In this document: positions 18,919-27,717 of the stretch, in pieces
Numbering within the stretch: the stretch's first letter is position 1
Layout: every line of letters starts with the position of its first letter
DNA from: an uncultured archaeon
Lineage (GTDB): Archaea > Iainarchaeota > Iainarchaeia > Iainarchaeales > JAAZKV01
Length of the DNA stretch: 64,000 bases
Reading direction: 5' to 3'
Assembly: GCA_964619405.1 (NCBI GenBank)
Contig: CAZUCF010000004.1
Location: forward strand, 4,689 to 68,688
The notes under the pieces: generated by a model
Databases searched by the model: none
What the model was told of the DNA's origin: nothing
What the model saw: only the letters and a program-made list of their open reading frames with translations
Made by a program: the position numbers and the translations under genes

Positions 18919-21030
18919 TCATTTTAGTATTGGGTAATTGTCGTTTACTCTCATCCAGTCATTTACAAAGTTCCAATCGTTTTCTGGGTTAGAATTGTGT
19001 TGCATTGGAACATTGTAATCTCCATCAATTTTTGGGAAGAAAGCATCTGGTTCTGAATTATCATTATTTTTTCCAAAGCAATTATTACAATTTCCGTTTC
19101 CACAACAAACAGTTTGGTTTGTTCTAGTAATATCCCAATAACAATTTGTTATGTTTGAATCTGTTGTATTGGATCCAGTAATTCCTCCTTTTTCATAGTC
19201 TCCAGTAATGTTTCCACTAGCATATGAGTTTGTTATGTTTGAATCTGAATTGTATCCTGTTATTCCTCCAATCCAAAGTTTTCCATTTGTAATTCCTGTT
19301 GTATATGCGTTTGTTATAAGTGAATTAAAATTGGCTCCTGTTATTCCCCCGATATAATTTTCTCCGGTTGTGTTTCCTGTTGTATACAAATTTTTTATTG
19401 TTGGGTAATAAGTAGGAAGGTGTGGATTTGTTATTCGTAGATTGTATCCTATTATTCCTCCAACATAGTTTAATCCGTTTGTATCTCCAGCGGTATGTGA
19501 ATTTGTTATTGATGCGTTGTTATTGTAACCAGTTATTCCTCCGACATAAGTTTCTCCGTTTGTTTTTCCTATGGTAAATGAGTTTGTTATTGTTGAATTA
19601 TCATTTCTACCAGTTATTCCTCCGACATTTTCTGTTCCTGTTGTGTTTCCTGTTGTATATGAATCTGTTGTCATTGAAGCATAAGCAATTCCTGTTATTC
19701 CTCCGGTATAAGTTTCTCCGGTCGTGTTTCCTGTTGTATATGAATTTGTTATTGTTGATACAAAAGAATAGCCGGTTATTCCTCCGACAGCTTCTGTTCC
19801 GGTTGTGTTTCCTGTTGTTTGCGAGTTTGTTATGTTTGAATCATAATCAAATCCTATTATTCCTCCGGTATAAGTTTTTCCGGTTGTGTTTCCTGTTGTT
19901 TGCGAGTTTGTTATTGTTGAATTAGCATTGTAACCTATTATTCCACCAGTATAATGTTTTCCAAATATATTATTGTCTGTTAATTTTAATTTATCTATTT
20001 TTGCATTGCTTGTAACACCAATTAATCCAATAAAATTTTCGTCTGGTCTGTTGATGTATAATTTTTGTATTGCAAAATTGTTTCCATTCAAAGTTCCGTT
20101 AAATGCAAATTGCATATTTCCTCCATTTGTTGAAATACAGGATTCATTTAATCCGCAATTTCCAATTGGTTCCCAACCTAAACCATTATTCCATTCTCTT
20201 GTTGGAGTAGCATCAATATTATTCATTAAAATATAATTTCCATTTAGTTTTTCTCTCACTCTGTTAAGGTCGTGTAAATTATATATTTCTATTAAATCAT
20301 TTATTACAAAATATTTTTGTGTTCCTTCAAAAAGATTATTGTTGGAATCTTGGCATTGGATATTCCAATTGTGTGTTCCATTTGAAAATGTTTCAACGTT
20401 TTGTTCAAAAAAGTTTTCCTCGTTTTTTCGTATGTTATAATTAGAATCTATCCAATTGTCATTAATAAGTAAACCACAATAGTTTATTTCAGTATTACTT
20501 TGTGGTTTGTAAATAAAAGTTATTATTCCTGTTGAGTATTCGTCGTTGTTAGGAGTTAATAATGTAATAATATTTGCAAAAATTAATTTATTCACATCAA
20601 AATATTTTTGTGTTCCTTCGAACCAATTATTGTTTGAATCTTGGCATTTAATATTCCAATTGTATGTTCCATTTGAAAATGTTTCAACGTTTTGTTCAAA
20701 AAAGTTTTCCTCGTTTTTTCTTATGTTATCATTAGAATCTATTGGTTGGCCATCAATAATTAAGTTGCATAAATTTATTTCGGTATTACTTTGTGGTTTG
20801 TAAACAAAAGTTATTGTTCCTGCAGAGTATTCGTCGTTGTCAGGAGTCAATAATACAATGTTATTCTCATTTTCCAAATTTAATTTATCGCCTATTGTTT
20901 GTGTTATTGACGTCATAAGGTTTGTTGGAAAAAGAGATACTATTGTAACGACACCAATTATTCCAACTATTATTAACAAGTACTCTATTGCTACTTGTGC
21001 AAAAAGTTTTTCATTGTTCAATGTTTTCAT
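18919..21030 (-). CDS. Class III signal peptide + duplicated Ig-like domain + GLUG-motif repeat adhesin-like protein
   Basis: N-terminus MKTLNNEKLFA|QVAIEYLLIIVGIIGVVTIV is a prepilin-type signal. Two domains of about 90 aa are near-identical. More than 10 repeats of TNSxTTGNTTGxxYTGGI(T/I)G follow (GLUG-like). Confidence 0.7.
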   Translation of the reverse strand: MKTLNNEKLFAQVAIEYLLIIVGIIGVVTIVSLFPTNLMTSITQTIGDKLNLENENNIVLLTPDNDEYSAGTITFVYKPQSNTEINLCNLIIDGQPIDSNDNIRKNEENFFEQNVETFSNGTYNWNIKCQDSNNNWFEGTQKYFDVNKLIFANIITLLTPNNDEYSTGIITFIYKPQSNTEINYCGLLINDNWIDSNYNIRKNEENFFEQNVETFSNGTHNWNIQCQDSNNNLFEGTQKYFVINDLIEIYNLHDLNRVREKLNGNYILMNNIDATPTREWNNGLGWEPIGNCGLNESCISTNGGNMQFAFNGTLNGNNFAIQKLYINRPDENFIGLIGVTSNAKIDKLKLTDNNIFGKHYTGGIIGYNANSTITNSQTTGNTTGKTYTGGIIGFDYDSNITNSQTTGNTTGTEAVGGITGYSFVSTITNSYTTGNTTGETYTGGITGIAYASMTTDSYTTGNTTGTENVGGITGRNDNSTITNSFTIGKTNGETYVGGITGYNNNASITNSHTAGDTNGLNYVGGIIGYNLRITNPHLPTYYPTIKNLYTTGNTTGENYIGGITGANFNSLITNAYTTGITNGKLWIGGITGYNSDSNITNSYASGNITGDYEKGGITGSNTTDSNITNCYWDITRTNQTVCCGNGNCNNCFGKNNDNSEPDAFFPKIDGDYNVPMQHNSNPENDWNFVNDWMRVNDNYPILK
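20304..20868 (-). repeat. Intragenic tandem duplication (two units of about 280 bp) encoding near-identical domains
   Basis: LLTPDNDEYSAGTITFVYKPQSNTEIN...GTYNWNIKCQDSNNNWFEGTQKYF compared with LLTPNNDEYSTGIITFIYKPQSNTEIN...GTHNWNIQCQDSNNNLFEGTQKYF. Long identical DNA runs are visible, for example around 20380-20440 and 20660-20720. Confidence 0.85.
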
Positions 21031-21177
21031 TGTAAGTTTATTGTTTTTTCTTTTATTTAAACTATTCTACAAATTGTTTTTGAAAAAATTATTGATTAAC
21101 AAAATTTAATTTTAATACCAATCAACACTTTTTTAAATAATTTCAATGAATTTATTATTAGAAAAAAGGTTTTTTTT

Positions 21178-21873
21178 ATGTTAGAATCAATTGCTTTTAT
21201 TCCTGATGGTAATAGGCGTTTTGCTAAACAAGCCAACATTTCTTTGTTAGAGAGTTATTCTTTGGGAACCGAAAAAGCTTGGTCTGTTTTAAATTGGTTA
21301 ACACAATATCCTTCTATTAGGGTTGGAACATTTTACACTTTTTCTCTAAAAAATTTTCAAAGATCTGGTTTAGAACTAAAATTGTTAATGAAAATTTTTG
21401 AGAGAGAATTAGACAAAATTAAAAACCAAAAAATCTTGCAAGAAAAAGGTATTTCATTAAAATTCATTGGGCGCAAGGAACAATTTCCAAACAAAATCCA
21501 ACAAAAAATGAAGGAAACAGAAAAATATACTTCTCAATTCAAAGAAAGAACAATTAATCTTGCTTTAGGTTATGATGGTCAAACAGAGATAATTGATGCT
21601 GCCCAAAAATTTGCTATTGATGTTAAAAAAGGAAAGATTCTTCCAGAAACCCTTTCAACAGAATCATTCAAAAAATATCTTTACTCTGATTTCAAAGAAC
21701 CTGACATAATAGTTAGAACATCAAACGAGAAAAGATTATCTGGTTTTCTAACATACCAATCAGCTTACTCTGAACTAGCTTTTATTGATAAATATTGGCC
21801 AGAAATACAACAATCAGATATTGACAAAATAATAATTGATTATAATGATAGGCAGAGACGATTTGGAAAATAA
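21178..21873 (+). CDS. uppS: cis-prenyltransferase (undecaprenyl/dolichyl-type diphosphate synthase)
   Basis: IAFIPDGNRRFA and RTSNEKRLSGFLTYQSAYSELAFIDKYWPE are signatures of the UppS family. Confidence 0.85.
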   Translation: MLESIAFIPDGNRRFAKQANISLLESYSLGTEKAWSVLNWLTQYPSIRVGTFYTFSLKNFQRSGLELKLLMKIFERELDKIKNQKILQEKGISLKFIGRKEQFPNKIQQKMKETEKYTSQFKERTINLALGYDGQTEIIDAAQKFAIDVKKGKILPETLSTESFKKYLYSDFKEPDIIVRTSNEKRLSGFLTYQSAYSELAFIDKYWPEIQQSDIDKIIIDYNDRQRRFGK

Positions 21874-21925
21874 TTTTTTTAACAATACTATTATTATAAT
21901 TATTATGCCTAATTTTTTATGTTAA

Positions 21926-21998
21926 AGCCCTGTCGTCTAGTGGCCAAGGATATCCGGTTCTGGGCCGGGTGACCCCAGTTCAAATCTGGGCAGGGCTA
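21926..21998 (+). tRNA. tRNA-Gln (anticodon CUG), 73 nt, no encoded CCA
   Basis: Hand-folded cloverleaf. Acceptor AGCCCTG/CAGGGCT, D arm GTCT/GGAT, anticodon arm TCCGG-TTCTGGG-CCGGG, T arm CCCAG-TTCAAAT-CTGGG, discriminator A. Confidence 0.9.
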
Positions 21999-22721
21999 TT
22001 TCTTGCATTTAACATACCAATCCCACGGTTCTTTTTCACTTGGAAAATACCTTTGCCCTGCTTGGAACCAGTCTTTCCACTTGTACCTTACTTTGCTTAC
22101 CTCTATTTCCTTAAAACCTGTTTTCTCAAATCGATGTAATATTTCGAACCTGTAAAACGCTTTTTGTTTTTCGCCTTCAAAATTAATTGTCCCATTAAAG
22201 AAATCAATCTTGTTTTTTTTAAAAAATTCTTTTCTTGGTATTTTTAATCCCAAAGCTTTTTTTTCGTTAGCAATCATTTCTTGGTAAATATAAGATTCTA
22301 TTGATGGTAAAATACAAATGAGTGTTCCATTTTCTTTTAATAATTCAAAAGTGTTTTCAATCATTTTATTTAATTTTATTTGATTTGGTTCTAGCAAAGA
22401 GTTAACAGCTATTACTACATCAAAAATATTTTTTTCGTTTAAATCAATAATGTTTTTTACTTCAAAAAAAACATTTTTTAATTCAGCATTTTTTTTCATT
22501 GCTTTCTCAATCATTTTTTCAGAGTAATCCCACGCGTGAACCTCATCAAAATTTTTGCTCAGAAAAGGTATTATTTCTCCTATCCCACAACCTAATTCAA
22601 CAATTTTGCCATTAAAACTTTGTAGATCATCAAACAATGGATTACTCAAAGAATTTTTTAGTGGGCTTATCACATCATCATAATAATTTTCAGCACTGTT
22701 ATTCCAATTATTATTACTCAT
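21996..22721 (-). CDS. Class I SAM-dependent methyltransferase
   Basis: Motif I VELGCGIGE and a typical downstream acidic loop. The TAG stop overlaps the tRNA 3' end by 3 nt on the opposite strand. Confidence 0.6.
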   Translation of the reverse strand: MSNNNWNNSAENYYDDVISPLKNSLSNPLFDDLQSFNGKIVELGCGIGEIIPFLSKNFDEVHAWDYSEKMIEKAMKKNAELKNVFFEVKNIIDLNEKNIFDVVIAVNSLLEPNQIKLNKMIENTFELLKENGTLICILPSIESYIYQEMIANEKKALGLKIPRKEFFKKNKIDFFNGTINFEGEKQKAFYRFEILHRFEKTGFKEIEVSKVRYKWKDWFQAGQRYFPSEKEPWDWYVKCKK

Positions 22722-22842
22722 TAAAATATAAAATGCCTTTTCATATAAAAACTTTTTTTATTTATATAAGTTTAATAAAAAAATTAGATTTAATAATTCT
22801 AAGCAAAACAATTTTTTAGTTTGCTTTATTTTTTTTGTTTTA

Positions 22843-22889
22843 TATTTTTTATTAATATAATATTTTTTATTAATATAATATTTTTTATT
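22843..22889. repeat. 18-bp AT-only tandem repeat (about 2.5 copies)
   Basis: TATTTTTTATTAATATAA x2 plus a partial copy, between two - strand genes. Confidence 0.7.
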
Positions 22890-22916
22890 TTAAAACTTTT
22901 CATTATTTTATTTTTT

Positions 22917-24059
22917 TTAGCTTCTTGCTATTCCTAAAAGTGTTTTTGCCATGAACCAATAAGCAGGTTTTTTTGCTAGTTTTCCAACAAATTTGCTTGG
23001 CTCGTCCATGTTGCCTTCTTGTTCCAAAAATTCTTCAATACCCTTGGCTTTTAGTTTCTCAAACAATTTGTCTATCTCATTATTATCCAAGCTATTAGCA
23101 TATTTTCTTATCTTCCAATGCATTTTCAATTCTTTGTTAACATTAGACAATCTTTTTTCGTAATCACTTAATTTAGCCTTCTTTTTTATTGTGTCAGCAA
23201 TTGTTTCCCCAAGAATGTTCCCTGCTTTCATTCCGAAAACAATTCCTCCCCCTGTACTTGCTTTTACTTGGAAGGCCGCGTCTCCAACGAGAGCAATATT
23301 ATCTTTTTGTATTTCTTCTAATGGTAAACCATATGGTATTAATGATGATTTTGTTGAAAAAACTTTTGCATCAGGAATTTTTTGTGTTATAAATTCTTTA
23401 AAATTAGTTGTAATGTTTTCTCCAAGAATGTTTCCCAAACCAATTCTTGCTTTTTTTTCATTAATGGGGATAACCCATGCAAAAAAACCTTTTGCGAAAT
23501 CACCCAAGTATAATTGCGCGTATTCTTTTTCAAAGTTTCCTATACAATTAGCTTGTATTGTGTGAACAAAATTTTCTCTTGTTGTTCTTAAACCAATTAA
23601 ATGTCTAACCGTTGAGTTTACTCCGTCTGCTCCAACAATGTACTCTGCTTTACGCATTTCTCCTCTTTCATTAGATTGAACAAACAAAGTGTTTTTTCTA
23701 ATATCTAAGAGCTTTGTGTTTGTTGAAACATGAATATTCTTGTTCCTTGCTATTTTTAATAATTCTAAATCAAATTTTTTTCTATCAACAACATATGCTA
23801 CTGTGTTTGGTCGAGTTACTTTTAATTCAACTCCGCTTGGAGAAAAAATTTTTGCTCCCCTGATTTTGTTTTGTATTACTTCATCCAAACCAAGTTTGTA
23901 TTCGTCTAAACCAGTTTTTGATATTAATCCTGAACAATTTTCAGGAGTCCCTACTTGTTCATGTTCTTCTAAAACAATAGAATCAAAGCCCTCTTCTTTT
24001 AATTTTATTGCTGTTGCCAATCCAGCTGGTCCCGCACCAATAATTGCTACAGTATTCAT
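22917..24059 (-). CDS. Geranylgeranyl reductase family flavoprotein
   Basis: VAIIGAGPAGLATAIKL...LEE (FAD dinucleotide fold) and GADGVNSTVR. Size and layout match archaeal digeranylgeranylglycerophospholipid reductases. Confidence 0.8.
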   Translation of the reverse strand: MNTVAIIGAGPAGLATAIKLKEEGFDSIVLEEHEQVGTPENCSGLISKTGLDEYKLGLDEVIQNKIRGAKIFSPSGVELKVTRPNTVAYVVDRKKFDLELLKIARNKNIHVSTNTKLLDIRKNTLFVQSNERGEMRKAEYIVGADGVNSTVRHLIGLRTTRENFVHTIQANCIGNFEKEYAQLYLGDFAKGFFAWVIPINEKKARIGLGNILGENITTNFKEFITQKIPDAKVFSTKSSLIPYGLPLEEIQKDNIALVGDAAFQVKASTGGGIVFGMKAGNILGETIADTIKKKAKLSDYEKRLSNVNKELKMHWKIRKYANSLDNNEIDKLFEKLKAKGIEEFLEQEGNMDEPSKFVGKLAKKPAYWFMAKTLLGIARS

Positions 24060-24137
24060 ATTATAGAATTAGTTTGTTTAATCTTATTAAATTATCTTAA
24101 TTATTAAAAAGCATTTTTTTCAATGATTTGTTATAAA

Positions 24138-26717
24138 TTATTTTTTGTATTTCCAATTAACTCTTTTTTCTTTTGGTTTGAATAACTTGCTTTTAACTTT
24201 TTCAACAGGATTGTTTTTTCCCAAACCATTCTTTTTTCCAACAACAACAATTCCTACTATGCCAATTATAACAATTAAAAGTATTACAATTATTACTATT
24301 ATTATTGTCCAATCAGCTCTTGACAATTCTACTTTTTCATCAGCATTAATTATTATTGGTGGGCTTTTATATTCGTTTATCAAATTTGATTCTAAAATAT
24401 CATTTGCTTTTTCTTCGCTAACATCAAAACTATAATAAATTTTTGTAGTTTCTCTTGGCACAATAAATTCTATTATTGGATCGTCTTCAATAATACTAAA
24501 TTCTATGTTTGAAAATATTTTTGATGCGCTATCAACAAGCTCTTTTGGGATTATTTCAATTATTTTATAATCTTGGCCTTCAAGATTAAAACTAATTTCT
24601 ATTTGTACTTTGTAGGCTTCACCAATCTTTATTATTGATAATTTTCTTGTGGCATTTCCATTCAAAATATTATTTTTTGCTTGTTCTAATTGTTCTTGTG
24701 TTAAACCCGTTCCTGAAAAATAAAATCCAATATTATCTTTTTCAAAATTATAATCATCGCTTCCAACATTACTAAAAACAATGCTTGCATTTATATTATT
24801 GTAAATTGTTTTGGCTTCATCTGCTTTTGTTTTTGAATTATTATTAATTATTTGTTCTGCTTCTTTTAACAAATTGTCTGCTCTTTCTTTTTCACTTAAC
24901 AAATTATTGTCTAATTTTAATCCTCTGTCAGAATAATATTTTATTAAATCTTCAACAATGATTTTTCTTGCTTTTGCATCATTAATTGCTTTTAATATTT
25001 GTTGTTCTTCTGTAAGAGTATTTTCTATTGTAATGTTGATTGTTTTGCTTGCTTGGTTTCCTGCTTCATCAATTGCTGTCACTTTTAACAAGTGTGTTCC
25101 GTTAACTATTTTTGTTGTGTCTAAATTAAAATAATATTTTGTTCCACTTTTCATTGAATTATATTTTACTCCGTTTAATTCGAATTCAACAGTTTTAATA
25201 GTTCTATTATCAGTTATTGTTGCAGAAATTTCTTTTGTTTCTTTTAATGTTGAATCAATGCTATTCCATTGTATTGTTGGTGATTCGTTGTCAATGTAAA
25301 TGGTTTTTGTTTTTGTTTCAACATTTTTTGCTATACACTGGAATTCAATCCTCTCATTATTTCCACTCACACTAAAATTTTCTTCAATATAAGATGTGTC
25401 ATCTTCTTCATCACTCAAATTTTGTGTTGTTTCCCAACCACTATCATAATACCTGTATTTGATTCTTGCATCATCAACATCTTCTTCCCAACTACAACTT
25501 ATTAATAAATTGTCTCCGGTTTTAGCATTTTCTATGCTTGTTCCGTTTCTCTTAATAGTTAAATCGCATGAACATGATTGTGGTGTTCCGTTAATAGTTG
25601 AACTAAAAGCACTTTCATTTCCAGCATTATCAATTGTTGTTACTTTGAATGCGTAACTCGTTCCATTTGTTAGGCCGGTAATTGTTTTGTTTGTGTTGCT
25701 TGTTGTAGCATAAAATTCTCCATTTTTATATACTTTGTATTCTTTGTTTCCTGATAAATTATCTGCTGTTGGTGCACTCCAACTAAGAATAATTTCGGTA
25801 TTGCCTGATTCAATACTCAATCCTGTTGGTGCGCTTGGTAAAGTATTATCATATTTTACATCTACTTGTGAAATATTACTTATTTTTCCAACTTTGTCTT
25901 CTAATTTTACATAAATTGTTTTTGTTCCATCGCTTGTATTACAATCATTTCCTGTTGTAATGTTGAATGTATTAACCGAATCTGATGTGTGTGTTATTTC
26001 TGTCCAAGTATCATCATTGTTACAAGAAAAATACCATTTGCTCGGATTAGTTTCTATTTTTGTTATATTGAATGTTGGTGTTTCATTGTTAGTATAATTT
26101 GTTCCTGTTGTCAAACTACTTATTTGTGGTGCAATAGTGTCAACAATAAAAGAAATTGTTTGTGTTGATTTATTTCCTAAAATATCATTAGCATCTACTG
26201 TGAGGGTATTTGTGCCTTCATTAAAATCCATATTGATTGTTTGAGGACTTGAAGTTAAAACAAATTTTTGATTATTTAGTTGGTATGAATTGGAATCAAT
26301 TCCTGAATCATCATCAAGTGTTATTGTTACGTTAATTCTATTTGTATAATAATAATTTCCATCAGATATATTTTCAATAATTATTGTTGGGCTAGTCGTA
26401 TCCAAAATAATTGAATCTGTAACTTTTGAATAGATATTATTTCTTTCAATGTGCAATGATATTATTTTTTCTCCATCCTCGCCAATAAGTGTTGAAGTCT
26501 CGTCATGAGTTCCAGTTAAAACAGGTGTCCAAGTACATCCAGAATTTGAATCTGAATAATTAACACAAATATTTGAATCAGCATCTAAAACAAGTTGTAG
26601 ACTAATACTAGTGTTTGAAGTGCGAGCTTCACCCGAATTAATAGTTATGCTGTCTGCAGCAAAAACGCCCCCAATAATAAAAAAAAGTAAAAATAATACT
26701 AAAATTTTGTTTTTCAA
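24138..26717 (-). CDS. Secreted surface protein with Ig-like/FN3 domains and C-terminal TM anchor
   Basis: Sec signal ...GGVFA|ADS. FN3-like block PSAPTGLSIESGNTEIILSWSAP...YKVYKNG...YAFKVTTIDNAGNES. C-terminal TM helix and a Lys-rich tail. Confidence 0.7.
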   Translation of the reverse strand: MKNKILVLFLLFFIIGGVFAADSITINSGEARTSNTSISLQLVLDADSNICVNYSDSNSGCTWTPVLTGTHDETSTLIGEDGEKIISLHIERNNIYSKVTDSIILDTTSPTIIIENISDGNYYYTNRINVTITLDDDSGIDSNSYQLNNQKFVLTSSPQTINMDFNEGTNTLTVDANDILGNKSTQTISFIVDTIAPQISSLTTGTNYTNNETPTFNITKIETNPSKWYFSCNNDDTWTEITHTSDSVNTFNITTGNDCNTSDGTKTIYVKLEDKVGKISNISQVDVKYDNTLPSAPTGLSIESGNTEIILSWSAPTADNLSGNKEYKVYKNGEFYATTSNTNKTITGLTNGTSYAFKVTTIDNAGNESAFSSTINGTPQSCSCDLTIKRNGTSIENAKTGDNLLISCSWEEDVDDARIKYRYYDSGWETTQNLSDEEDDTSYIEENFSVSGNNERIEFQCIAKNVETKTKTIYIDNESPTIQWNSIDSTLKETKEISATITDNRTIKTVEFELNGVKYNSMKSGTKYYFNLDTTKIVNGTHLLKVTAIDEAGNQASKTINITIENTLTEEQQILKAINDAKARKIIVEDLIKYYSDRGLKLDNNLLSEKERADNLLKEAEQIINNNSKTKADEAKTIYNNINASIVFSNVGSDDYNFEKDNIGFYFSGTGLTQEQLEQAKNNILNGNATRKLSIIKIGEAYKVQIEISFNLEGQDYKIIEIIPKELVDSASKIFSNIEFSIIEDDPIIEFIVPRETTKIYYSFDVSEEKANDILESNLINEYKSPPIIINADEKVELSRADWTIIIVIIVILLIVIIGIVGIVVVGKKNGLGKNNPVEKVKSKLFKPKEKRVNWKYKK

Positions 26718-27093
26718 TCAAACACCCATAAAATTTAAACTTAATAATTTTTGAAAGAAAGAGTTTTTATACTTTGTGAAAACTTTTTTTGAAAAATATT
26801 TGGTTTTGAGATGATTTATTGAATTATGTATGTGTTTGTCTTCTATTAAATTTTTTAAAACCAATTTTTTTGTTTTCTTTTGCTAGCAATAATAGTTTTT
26901 CCCTTGCGTTCAACATTTTAACTTTTTTTCTAACAAATCAATGTTTTTTTCTATAAATAAAACAATTTGAATCATATTTAATCAATAATGGTTTGTATAA
27001 TTAAAGTTTTAATTATGTTTTTTTAATGACCTTTTTCAAACCACTTTGTTTGCACCACTACAATTATAATACTCTAATAACATTATTTGTTTT

Positions 27094-27585
27094 ATGTTAT
27101 TGAATATTCTTTGGCTTGTATTACTTACTTTTGTTCCTACTTTAGAGTTAAGGTGGAGTATTCCTATTGGTATTTATTCTGGTGTAATAGAAACTCCTTT
27201 TTTTACTTTCACTGGTTTTGGAATGAACCCTGTACAAGTATTATTAATTTGTATTCTTGCGAACATATTGTTAGGCCCAATAGCCTATTTTTTTGCTACT
27301 AGGATAGTATTCTTTTTTACTAGGATTAGTTTCATAAAAAAATTGTATGATTGGTGGTGTTCTAAGTTGTTAAAGAAAAAGGATTTTGTTGACAAGTATG
27401 GCATATTAGCAATAATTTTTTTTGTTGGAATGCCTTTACCTGGTTCTGGCTCGTGGGGCGGAGCTTTTTCGGCTTCAATATTAAACATCAGATTCAGAGA
27501 TTATTTGATTGGTAATACTATTGGTGTTATTATTGCAGGAACAATAATATTTTTGTTAACAATGGGTATTTTTTCTTTTATTTAG
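27094..27585 (+). CDS. Small membrane protein, putative small multidrug export family (COG2426-like)
   Basis: LELRWSIPIGIY near the N-terminus, 4-5 TM segments, GMPLPGSGSWGG loop. Confidence 0.45.
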   Translation: MLLNILWLVLLTFVPTLELRWSIPIGIYSGVIETPFFTFTGFGMNPVQVLLICILANILLGPIAYFFATRIVFFFTRISFIKKLYDWWCSKLLKKKDFVDKYGILAIIFFVGMPLPGSGSWGGAFSASILNIRFRDYLIGNTIGVIIAGTIIFLLTMGIFSFI

Positions 27586-27609
27586 TTTAAATTAGTCTTT
27601 CTTTTATTT

Positions 27610-27717
27610 AAATTATTTTATTTTTATAAATTATTTTATGTTTGTAAATTATTTTATGTTTGTAAATTATTTTATGTTTATAAATTATTTTATTTTTATA
27701 AATTATTTTATTTTAAT
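27610..27717. repeat. 18-bp tandem repeat, about 6 copies, in a convergent intergenic region
   Basis: AAATTATTTTAT(G/T)TTT(G/A)T repeated. The last copy overlaps the radical SAM stop codon (27703-27705). Confidence 0.85.
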
